Positions 26,069 through 33,234 of a stretch of DNA of 64,000 nucleotides are shown in pieces. Below the pieces are notes generated by a model. It had not been told where the DNA came from and did no database searches. It saw only the letters and a program-made list of their open reading frames with translations. Positions within the stretch are counted from its first letter, which is position 1; each line of letters starts with the position of its first letter. The position numbers and the translations under genes were made by a program. Source of the DNA: a virus; IMG/VR virus record IMGVR_UViG_3300029951_000015. The stretch is one strand, 5' to 3'.

Positions 26069-26511
26069 AAGAGCTGCTGACGGAAATTGCAGGCTTGAAA
26101 CGGCACAATGCGAATGCGGCGCGACCGCATTTGGTTCCTAAAAGTCTAGTTCTTACAGTTCCTGTGGAGCTACTAAGTCGGATCGACGCTGCGTTGGAGG
26201 TAGAAGCTCCTGCGGAGCCGCTGTACTACCTGCAGGACTCTCGCAGCTTCACAGGCAACTGCCCTCTGTGGTGGAAAGCAGGCGGAAACGGCTACACAAC
26301 GAGTTTAGAGAAGGCGCACCGATACACCCTGGCCGACGCCATGAAGCAGCACCAATGCAGACACACCGACGTTCCCTGGCCTTGCGAGCGGATCAACGCC
26401 CTGCGTCGGCTCACGGTGGATAGTCAGGACATGGGCAGCGTTAAAAAGCAGGCAGCGCAGATCCGCGCTGAGTACGCTGCGATTCAGATAGTAAAAGGAC
26501 TAGAAGCATGA
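26065..26511 (+). CDS. hypothetical protein
   Basis: ATGA overlap (track ORF 25987 trimmed). 148 aa. Confidence 0.5.
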   Translation: MKELLTEIAGLKRHNANAARPHLVPKSLVLTVPVELLSRIDAALEVEAPAEPLYYLQDSRSFTGNCPLWWKAGGNGYTTSLEKAHRYTLADAMKQHQCRHTDVPWPCERINALRRLTVDSQDMGSVKKQAAQIRAEYAAIQIVKGLEA

Positions 26512-27068
26512 AATTCGAACCAACAGAAGAAAATATCACCCTTCACGGCCTTGGATTTGTCCAGGTCAAGCTCGCCGGCAATCAACGGATGCATGTTTGG
26601 CACCCGGAGCTGCCGCGCCGCTCCTGTTTTGAGCATTCAGCGATCCATGACCATCGGTTCAGCTTTACGTCCCGTGTCCTGGTTGGCCAGCAGATAAACG
26701 TGCGCTATACGGCCACCAGGCAGGTTTCCGACCTTTCTACGCATATGGCCTACCTGCACGAAGGGAAACGCACCAAACGCGGCAATAGGCCCTGGAAACC
26801 GGACTTTACGCTGGCAGTGCACCAGCAAGCTGCAGATGTGATCGAAGCCGGCCAGGAATACCGGTTTATGGCATATTGCTACCACTCGACGCAACCGGGC
26901 GGCGACGGCAAGGTGGCGACCATCATGAAGAAGACCGACGAAGGCACCCGCGGTGCCCATTCCCTATGTGCGTTGGGTGTAGACCCCGATGTGGACTTTG
27001 ATCGCAAGCAATGGGCACCTGAGGCTCTGTGGGCTATCGTTACTGATGTGCTGGGATCTGTAAAATGA
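26508..27068 (+). CDS. hypothetical protein, possible cupin-like metal-binding fold
   Basis: 186 aa. HSAIHDHRFSFTSRVLVGQ and EAGQEYRFMAYCYHST loosely fit the two cupin motifs. Confidence 0.45.
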   Translation: MKFEPTEENITLHGLGFVQVKLAGNQRMHVWHPELPRRSCFEHSAIHDHRFSFTSRVLVGQQINVRYTATRQVSDLSTHMAYLHEGKRTKRGNRPWKPDFTLAVHQQAADVIEAGQEYRFMAYCYHSTQPGGDGKVATIMKKTDEGTRGAHSLCALGVDPDVDFDRKQWAPEALWAIVTDVLGSVK

Positions 27069-27124
27069 AGATGGCCGCCGTGGTAGTGTCCTGCTGATCG
27101 CCCTCCCCTCACCTATGCTCAAAT

Positions 27125-27155
27125 AGCCCCTTCCTTGCCGAAGGGGCTTTTATTT
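27125..27155 (+). terminator. rho-independent terminator
   Basis: AGCCCCTTC-CTTGCC-GAAGGGGCT followed by TTTTATTT. Confidence 0.7.
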
Positions 27156-27416
27156 ATGACTAAACCTGTATGGCACGAAGGCCCTCCCCCGTTCATTGGC
27201 TGGTGGATTGCGTCGCGCTTCAATAACCTATCTGCGTGGCGCTGGTGGAATGGCTATGAGTGGTCAAGCCCAGCACCCTCCGACTGCACACGCAAGGAAG
27301 CAGCCGAAGCAGCGAGCAAGCCCGCAAACATCCGAGCAACTATCTATTGGACCGACCATTGGCCTGATGACGCACCCGTACCGCGCCCCACTCCGCCGAC
27401 TGATCAACTGTTTTAA
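27156..27416 (+). CDS. hypothetical Trp-rich protein
   Basis: ATG 27156 chosen because the track TTG start at 27135 lies inside the terminator stem. 86 aa. Confidence 0.35.
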   Translation: MTKPVWHEGPPPFIGWWIASRFNNLSAWRWWNGYEWSSPAPSDCTRKEAAEAASKPANIRATIYWTDHWPDDAPVPRPTPPTDQLF

Positions 27417-27422
27417 TCAACA

Positions 27423-27486
27423 CATATAGCGTCAGTGCTATATAGCGTGCTATATGCAATGCTACACATACACGGTGCTATATAGC
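27423..27486. repeat. cluster of GCTATATAGC palindromes upstream of parA
   Basis: Perfect 10-bp palindromes at 27437-27446 and 27477-27486. Degenerate copies at 27423-27430, 27449-27458 and 27461-27470. Confidence 0.6.
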
Positions 27487-27510
27487 ATGATGTATCAGCG
27501 TAGTGGAATG

Positions 27511-27545
27511 CCAACACAAAACTATAAATACGGCATTTATCACTT
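27511..27545 (+). promoter_or_regulatory. family promoter box, copy 7 (weak -35)
   Basis: CAACAC-AAAACTATAAATACGG-CATTTA, about 70 nt upstream of parA. Confidence 0.4.
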
Positions 27546-27609
27546 AAACGTTTGACTCGCCGAACTGACGCCGCTAATCTGGTAGATGGGTTAATCACAT
27601 GGAGCGGTG

Positions 27610-28260
27610 ATGCTATATACGTTTGGTGCAGAGAAGGGTGGAGTGGGTAAGTCCACGCTCGCGGAAGAGATGGCCGTGGAGCGTGCGAGTAGGGGATTTG
27701 AGACCCTACTGGTCGACCTAGACCCGCAGCGCACGACAACTGAGTGGGCCGCCGCGCGAGTCTATAACGAGGTGGTTCCACAGATCGTGTGTGTGTCGAA
27801 GGGTAAGAGCCTTACGAAAGAGCTTATCAAGATGCGCGAGGCGTTCGACACAGTGATCGTGGATATTGGCGGTAAAGACACACGGGACTTGCGCGAGGCT
27901 ATTGTCATTGCAGACAAGACCATCGTACCGATCAAGCCGTCGCCGGCAGACCTACGCACGTTCCCGGACTTCGCAGACTTTATCCGGCGCATCAACGCTG
28001 AGATTGAGACGCCCAAAGACGTGTGCGTGGTGCTCAACATGGTCAACGGGTCGAGCAACCAGTTCAAACGGTTCACGGACGGATTCGCGGAGTTCAGCGA
28101 CTGTATGAAGCTGCTGGATTCGCGTGTTTGCGAGCGCGTCGCGTATCAGAACGCATATGAGGCAGGGAAGGGCGTTCGTGAGCTGTCTCGTAGCGAGTAT
28201 GACCCCAAAGCCGCAGCTGAAATTGAGAGCCTTTATCTGGAGATTTTCGGAAATGAGTAA
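27610..28260 (+). CDS. parA: ParA-type partition ATPase (small, type Ib-like)
   Basis: Deviant Walker A GAEKGGVGKST and LLVDLDPQ. About 216 aa with no N-terminal HTH. GGAG lies 5 nt before ATG 27610. Confidence 0.8.
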   Translation: MLYTFGAEKGGVGKSTLAEEMAVERASRGFETLLVDLDPQRTTTEWAAARVYNEVVPQIVCVSKGKSLTKELIKMREAFDTVIVDIGGKDTRDLREAIVIADKTIVPIKPSPADLRTFPDFADFIRRINAEIETPKDVCVVLNMVNGSSNQFKRFTDGFAEFSDCMKLLDSRVCERVAYQNAYEAGKGVRELSRSEYDPKAAAEIESLYLEIFGNE

Positions 28261-28633
28261 GCCCATGACCGCGCGCCCCAGGGCCGCAACGCCGGAAGAG
28301 ACCTTGGCCAAAGTCCAGGGGATTATCAACGAGGTCCCGCCGGCAGCTGAGGCGCTGCCAGCCCCCGCACCTGTAGCAGCCACGCAACAGCAGGAAGCGC
28401 CGCCGGCCGCGGCTCTTGAAGCAGAAACCGCAGCACCGGCAACTGATTGGCGCGTGTTGCCGAAGAAGGTGCCGACGACGCAGTTCAACGTTCGCATTCG
28501 CTCTGATCTGCACGAAGTTTTGAACGAGCTGGCGACATACACGCCAGGCGAAAGCATGACTAAGATAGCTGCGCGTGGAATCGAGACGGAAATCCGGCGG
28601 ATGATGGCAGAACGGGGCATAGAGCTAAAGTGA
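28253..28633 (+). CDS. ribbon-helix-helix centromere-binding partner (ParG-like)
   Basis: ATG 28253 overlaps the parA stop. Pro/Ala-rich linker, then TTQFNVRIRSDLHEVLNELA...SMTKIAARGIETEIRRM, which fits a strand-helix-helix layout. Confidence 0.5.
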   Translation: MSKPMTARPRAATPEETLAKVQGIINEVPPAAEALPAPAPVAATQQQEAPPAAALEAETAAPATDWRVLPKKVPTTQFNVRIRSDLHEVLNELATYTPGESMTKIAARGIETEIRRMMAERGIELK

Positions 28634-28677
28634 GTGCTCACTAACAAAGGTTTTGCCCCTTTTCTGCTAAACCGGTT

Positions 28678-28831
28678 TTCGTCTTTAGAGTGATCGTGAT
28701 ATTCGCCTTTTGACTGATGGTTTACAAGAGCAGAATCGCTGGTTTTCGTCTTTTGACTGATGGCTCTTTTAAAGTAGTTTCGAGGTTTGAGAGAAGGGCG
28801 CGGACGCTGCGAATATCGCCTTTAGGCTGAT
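28678..28831 (-). repeat. four inverted-orientation iterons
   Basis: TTCGYCTTTWGRSTGAT at 28678, 28702, 28745 and 28816 is the complement of the direct iterons downstream. Confidence 0.7.
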
Positions 28832-28850
28832 GATTCAAGGGGTAAACCAT

Positions 28851-28910
28851 TTATAAACATTAAAGACGATTAGGGGGCTTTCAGAAATTCTGGAAGCCCT
28901 TTGTTTATAA
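28851..28910. promoter_or_regulatory. AT-rich nested dyad between the iteron blocks
   Basis: TTATAAACA (28851-28859) pairs with TGTTTATAA (28902-28910). These enclose GGGCTTTCAG-AAATT-CTGGAAGCCC. Confidence 0.5.
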
Positions 28911-28930
28911 GGCTTTACAGGAAATGCGTT

Positions 28931-29159
28931 GTCAGGCTAAAGGCGAATATGGATGCGCCTAAAGGCGAGTTTTTGTCAGGCTAAAGGCGACATTGATCAG
29001 TCTTCAGACGAAAACCGTCAGTCATAGGGCGAATGCAGCGATCAGCCTAAAGGCGAGGTTACTCGGATCAGTCAAAAGACGAATCTAGACATCAGCCATA
29101 AGGCGAAAGAGTGCATCAGTCAAAAGGCGAACATCAAGTGCCATCAGTCTTAAGGCGAA
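28931..29159 (+). repeat. ten direct 17-bp iterons (oriV-like)
   Basis: RTCAGYCWWAAGGCGAA-like units start at 28931, 28953, 28976, 28996, 29017, 29041, 29067, 29091, 29115 and 29143. Spacing is 20-28 bp. The array ends 69 nt before the initiator gene. Confidence 0.8.
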
Positions 29160-29227
29160 CATTTCCGCTTTAATTTGATTTGGACCCCGTGCTAGAGTCC
29201 TGAAAACCAACACGCAAGAGGCCAGCG

Positions 29228-30160
29228 ATGGAAGACGCACGGCAGTTTATGGACAGGGTACACGAGGTTGCTCAGCGGGCTTCGAAGTCGGTAAAAGCTA
29301 AGCCTGAGAAAGCCTTGAAACTAAAGGTGATCCAGCAGTTGATGCTCTGGTCTGACAAGGTGAGGGGGCTTCCTAACTCGCTGGCTCGATGCGCCTTGTT
29401 CACTGTGGGAAACCGCAATGAACCGCGCCGCATGTACGCACGAGAGGTCATAGCGTCGCTGCAGGGAATCGTGATCCAGTACACGGGTGAGGAGCTGCGG
29501 CAGGACGACGAGGACGTGTTCCTTCAGATCGTCCACTTGGGTCGGATGGTTGATGTCGGAGAGCCGTTCGTCGTCACGGGCCACATGGTTCTGACGGCGC
29601 TAGGGTGGGGCAGGTCGTCGGACAAGTACAAACGCCTCCTGGAATCCATCGGCAGACTCTCTGAGGGCACCATATGGGTCACGTACACCAACGAGGACGA
29701 AGTGGAGGCGAGCGTCGCTGCCGGCGCGGCAGCGCCTAAGAGAAAACGGAACGGTTACAACGGCCGCTTGATCGCTAAGTTGAAATGGCGAGAAGAGGGC
29801 GAAGAGTCCGAACAGGGGAAACACGTCAAATGGCAGTTCCGTCTTGACCCCGACATCATTAATCTGTTCGGCAAGGATGAATTCACGCTAGTTGACTGGG
29901 AGCAGCGCCTGTCGCTCACGTCGCTGGAGAAGTGGCTGCACAGTTTTTATTTCACACATCGCGAGCCTTACGCCTACAAGACATCGACGCTGTACACGCT
30001 CTGTGGCAGCAGCTGCGCCACACTGGCCAAGTTTCGCTACATGCTCAAGGGCGCACTCAGGAACCTGGAAGAGTCCGGCTTCTTCGAGTCGGCTTCGATA
30101 GACCCGCGGACGGATTTAGTGCAGGTTAAACGTAGGCGTCAGACCGCAATCGCAGCCTGA
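29228..30160 (+). CDS. trfA: plasmid replication initiator, TrfA-like
   Basis: VRGLPNSLARCALFTVGN, IVIQYTGEELRQDDEDVFLQIVHL and WLHSFYFTHREPYAYKTSTLYTLCGS match my memory of TrfA-family blocks. Immediately downstream of the iterons. Confidence 0.6.
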   Translation: MEDARQFMDRVHEVAQRASKSVKAKPEKALKLKVIQQLMLWSDKVRGLPNSLARCALFTVGNRNEPRRMYAREVIASLQGIVIQYTGEELRQDDEDVFLQIVHLGRMVDVGEPFVVTGHMVLTALGWGRSSDKYKRLLESIGRLSEGTIWVTYTNEDEVEASVAAGAAAPKRKRNGYNGRLIAKLKWREEGEESEQGKHVKWQFRLDPDIINLFGKDEFTLVDWEQRLSLTSLEKWLHSFYFTHREPYAYKTSTLYTLCGSSCATLAKFRYMLKGALRNLEESGFFESASIDPRTDLVQVKRRRQTAIAA

Positions 30161-30177
30161 CAATCGAGAGGTATGGA

Positions 30178-30399
30178 ATGACTCAAACGCTAAAGCAGTT
30201 GAAGGACGAACTTCAGGTGCTCCAGGAACGTATTTCGCTGTTAGCTCCCGAGGCGGAGCAGCAGGCGCTCGCCGTAATCCGTGATGACGTGCGGATGTAC
30301 GGCTTCACCGTGGCGCAGGTGTTCGGCATGATTCGAGTGAAGCGTCCGCGTCGCTCGCGCGAGCAGATTGACGCGGATAACGCCGCGGCCGGCAAATAA
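30178..30399 (+). CDS. small coiled-coil protein, possibly like the H-NS N-terminal domain
   Basis: 73 aa. LKQLKDELQVLQERISLL...AVIRDDVRMYGFTVAQVF, then a basic tail. No C-terminal DNA-binding domain. Confidence 0.5.
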   Translation: MTQTLKQLKDELQVLQERISLLAPEAEQQALAVIRDDVRMYGFTVAQVFGMIRVKRPRRSREQIDADNAAAGK

Positions 30400-30692
30400 T
30401 GCTCCGCCGTAGCTATACGCTCGACCCGAGCTACGAGCTTGGAGGCGGATGGCGTCTCAAGCTGTTTGAGGACGGCGTCGAAGCCGGCGGCGGTGTGTTT
30501 CCTGTCACAGTAGACCCGGTCGCCGGGATTGCTTGGTTCAACGGGCTTTCAGAGCAGGATCGGGCGCTGTGGCTGAAAATTGCGGACAGCGCACGTCCGG
30601 TCGAGGCGTGGGTAGCTTACCTAAGCGCCGCGGCTTTCCAAGAAGCAAAGGACGAGGCCGAGTCGTTTGTAGGTTATCAGGTTAACCCTTGA
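30399..30692 (+). CDS. hypothetical protein
   Basis: 97 aa, TAATG 1-nt overlap. Confidence 0.5.
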   Translation: MLRRSYTLDPSYELGGGWRLKLFEDGVEAGGGVFPVTVDPVAGIAWFNGLSEQDRALWLKIADSARPVEAWVAYLSAAAFQEAKDEAESFVGYQVNP

Positions 30693-30726
30693 TAAGTTCG
30701 ATAATTAAGATTATGTAAAATACGAG

Positions 30727-30750
30727 AGCCCCGCCAAGAGCGGGGCTTTT
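30727..30750 (+). terminator. rho-independent terminator
   Basis: AGCCCCGC-CAAGA-GCGGGGCT running into TTTT. Confidence 0.7.
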
Positions 30751-30869
30751 CATAGAGCGCTGAGGACCCTATGAAAAATTATAAGGTGCAATAAATTATA
30801 CGATACGGACGGTTACGTATCCACCCAGCAGCTGTGTACCGATCGATAGCAGAAATGCGTGACAAATAA

Positions 30870-30900
30870 AACGAAAAGCGCTCTACAAAGCGTTTTCGTT
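30870..30900. promoter_or_regulatory. dispersed palindrome, copy d (upstream of parB-like gene)
   Basis: AACGAAAAGCGCTCTACAAAGCGTTTTCGTT, followed by TGTG-TATTAT. Lies 40 nt before the parB-like start. Confidence 0.6.
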
Positions 30901-30939
30901 TGTGTATTATTCGGATACACCCAACCCCAAGGTATCCGA

Positions 30940-31878
30940 ATGGCACAAATACTTTCGATGAAACAGCGCGCCGAAGGGCACGAACCTGGCGTCAAAAAAC
31001 ACTCAAAGTACTACAAGCTGAACCCAGCGCTGCTCCTGATCGAGGAGGGCTTCAATGTGCGAATCGATACGCCGGAGGCGCGCGAGAAAATCGGTAAGAT
31101 GAAGCTAGACATCTTAGCCGGTGCGAGCATGCCGGCAATCGACGTGCGTAACGATGTAGGCGGTTCGTTCGTCGTCGACGGCCATCGGCGCACTACCGCG
31201 TTCCAAGAGCTGATCGCTGAGGGTCACATAATTCTCGAAGTGGACGTGCGCGAGCTTAATGGCAACGCCACTGGTCGCAAGCTCGGCACCGCAGTACCCC
31301 TTTCGCCGGAAGCGCAAGCTTTGGCAGACCGCGTGTTCCATATGCTCGGCACCGCGGAAGGCTCGGAACCCATATCGACGCTGGAACAAGGCATCGGCTA
31401 CCTCAAGCTCGTTAAGATCGGTATATCGCGCGCAGTGATTGCGGCCGAAGAGCACAAGTCGCAGTCGCACGTCGATCAGGCGCTGACGCTCGCCATGTCC
31501 AGTCCAGACGTACATATGCTGGTAGCCCTAGGCAAGGTTCCGGGCCGGGTAGCAATCAAAGCGATCAAGGAGCATGGCAGCGACGCAGGACCGTTCCTGC
31601 AGTCGCTGCTCGATAGATCGAAGAAAGGTAAGCTGACGCAGAAGTCTATCTCTGGAACAGCCCTTCCCCGCAAACTGGCCGACCGCTGCGAAAACACCAT
31701 CCGAACGATTTTCACGCAGTCGTTCGAAATCGCAGCGCGCGTTGCGATTCAAGACGCAAAAGATGAGGATTTCGTGAACGTGCAGATGCCCAAGGCGCAG
31801 CTCCGCGCCCTGCTGGACGCGAACGAAGAAATCGCCAAGGTTCGCACGAAAGCCGGCAGCAGTGCAGCTCCCGCGTGA
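30940..31878 (+). CDS. parB: ParB/KorB-like (ParB N-terminal domain) protein
   Basis: Trimmed to ATG 30940, which has AAGG upstream; the track start at 30859 would read through the palindrome. IDVRNDVGGSFVVDGHRRTTAFQEL matches the ParB/Srx box. Confidence 0.65.
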   Translation: MAQILSMKQRAEGHEPGVKKHSKYYKLNPALLLIEEGFNVRIDTPEAREKIGKMKLDILAGASMPAIDVRNDVGGSFVVDGHRRTTAFQELIAEGHIILEVDVRELNGNATGRKLGTAVPLSPEAQALADRVFHMLGTAEGSEPISTLEQGIGYLKLVKIGISRAVIAAEEHKSQSHVDQALTLAMSSPDVHMLVALGKVPGRVAIKAIKEHGSDAGPFLQSLLDRSKKGKLTQKSISGTALPRKLADRCENTIRTIFTQSFEIAARVAIQDAKDEDFVNVQMPKAQLRALLDANEEIAKVRTKAGSSAAPA

Positions 31879-32123
31879 TTCGCGTTTACGGGTGGACTGC
31901 ATCGCAGTGGCAGAAGGCGTTCGACTATAGAGACCAACTCTGTGCCCGTCTACCCACCCAACGTGATTTCTACGCGACCTTTATCCAGATGGGCAGCTCA
32001 CGCAAACTTGACGAGCTTATAGAAATGCTCGAAGTCCAGCGATTCTGGAATAACCGGCGCGTTGATCAACCAGGCGAGAGCACCCTAATTTACTCGACTA
32101 CTTACAGGGCAAGAACAGCATGA
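31875..32123 (+). CDS. hypothetical protein
   Basis: GTGA overlap. 82 aa. The N-terminus VIRVYGWTASQWQKAF is echoed at 60291. Confidence 0.4.
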   Translation: MIRVYGWTASQWQKAFDYRDQLCARLPTQRDFYATFIQMGSSRKLDELIEMLEVQRFWNNRRVDQPGESTLIYSTTYRARTA

Positions 32124-32491
32124 CCTTTCACGCGAAGTTGACGCGCCTGCGGGAAGCTTGTGTGGGGCGCTCTCCAGCGAAACGGGGCAATCCGCACGAA
32201 GCTCTGATTCTGGTCAGGGACCTACAGGAGTTGCTGCATCACTTCGACCGGCTCGACTCAGAGGCACGCATCCGAGAGGCGCATAAAGGGAATCGATTAA
32301 TCACCAGCCAAGAGCTAGATCGTGAAATGGCTACGTTCTGCCGGAGCTTGAGTGTCGTCGCTGATCTGCTCAAGGCGACAAGAGAGCTGTGCAACAAGCT
32401 GCCCAAGATGCCTTCCAATTTGGAAGGATGGCACGCGCGTAAAGAATTGCAGGCCGTGCGCGATCTGATGGAGAAATTCAATGAAAATTAA
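32120..32491 (+). CDS. hypothetical protein
   Basis: 123 aa, ATGA overlap. Confidence 0.5.
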   Translation: MTFHAKLTRLREACVGRSPAKRGNPHEALILVRDLQELLHHFDRLDSEARIREAHKGNRLITSQELDREMATFCRSLSVVADLLKATRELCNKLPKMPSNLEGWHARKELQAVRDLMEKFNEN

Positions 32492-32795
32492 ACGAGGCAG
32501 CTTCTTACTGCTTCCCGCCTGGCGCTGCAAGGACGGCCGGGTGCTTCTGATTCAAGACATGGAAACAAGCCATCTGACCAATACCGTCGCCATGTTGCGT
32601 CGTAAAGGCTATGTCAGCGAACAGGAGGCAGTAGACGCTCCGAGGCCTATGTCTTTCGGCGGAGAGTACGCGCAGATGTTTGCAGACGCGCAGTTTGATG
32701 TGGAAATGAACGACTGGTTGCGGCAGAAGATCCATCTCGGCCTGGGGCACCTTGAACGAGAGTTGGCGCAGCGGGCAGTAGCGCATGTGCATTGA
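32481..32795 (+). CDS. hypothetical protein
   Basis: 104 aa, 11-nt overlap with the upstream gene. Confidence 0.45.
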   Translation: MKIKRGSFLLLPAWRCKDGRVLLIQDMETSHLTNTVAMLRRKGYVSEQEAVDAPRPMSFGGEYAQMFADAQFDVEMNDWLRQKIHLGLGHLERELAQRAVAHVH

Positions 32796-32830
32796 AAAGC
32801 CCGCGCTAGACTGAACCAGCGCGGGCTTTT
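32795..32830. terminator. bidirectional rho-independent terminator
   Basis: AAAAGCCCGCGCT-loop-AGCGCGGGCTTTT has an A-tract and a T-tract. It sits between convergent genes. Confidence 0.75.
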
Positions 32831-32846
32831 GGACCAGGCGTATTGC

Positions 32847-33032
32847 TTACAGGTACAGCAGGGTTTTCAGCTTTTCGAGGTCGGCTTCCACGGCCGTAAT
32901 GACTTCATGATCGAGGTCTTGGAGCTTGGCCAAGATGCCGGCATGTACGGCCTTGGCTTCGGTATGTGCTTCGGGCGTGATGACTACGGCGGTCGGCAAA
33001 GTGGTGTTGGATGCTGCGGTCGGATCGGACAT
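32847..33032 (-). CDS. small minus-strand protein
   Basis: 61 aa, ATG 33032 with AAGGA upstream. It converges on the bidirectional terminator. Confidence 0.5.
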   Translation of the reverse strand: MSDPTAASNTTLPTAVVITPEAHTEAKAVHAGILAKLQDLDHEVITAVEADLEKLKTLLYL

Positions 33033-33134
33033 GATTTTCCTTAGTTGTACTGATTAGGTTGTAGTGCCAGCGCATACTACCGCCGTCACGAGTTTAGCGC
33101 CACAAAAACATCAATCGTGGGAGCGTATATTTAA

Positions 33135-33165
33135 AACGAAAGGGCTTTGTAGAGCGCTTTTCGAG
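33135..33165. promoter_or_regulatory. dispersed palindrome, copy e (degenerate)
   Basis: AACGAAAGGGCTTTGTAGAGCGCTTTTCGAG, 11 nt before the -35 of promoter copy 8. Confidence 0.5.
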
Positions 33166-33176
33166 TGAAAAATAGC

Positions 33177-33204
33177 TTGCAGGAAACTATAAAACGCGTA
33201 TATT
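33177..33204 (+). promoter_or_regulatory. family promoter box, copy 8
   Basis: TTGCAG-GAAACTATAAAACGCG-TATATT-TAG. Confidence 0.5.
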
Positions 33205-33234
33205 TAGCGTCTCCCTACCCCAAGGAAATTTGAG

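Noticed and set aside
27952-28647. 231-aa minus-strand ORF across parA and the RHH gene
   Set aside because: It is antisense to a clear ParA. It is Ala/Ser/Arg-rich and crosses a gene boundary.
30859-30939. N-terminal extension of the parB-like ORF as listed in the ORF track
   Set aside because: It would translate the 31-bp palindrome and the putative promoter. ATG 30940 has an RBS and gives a sensible N-terminus.
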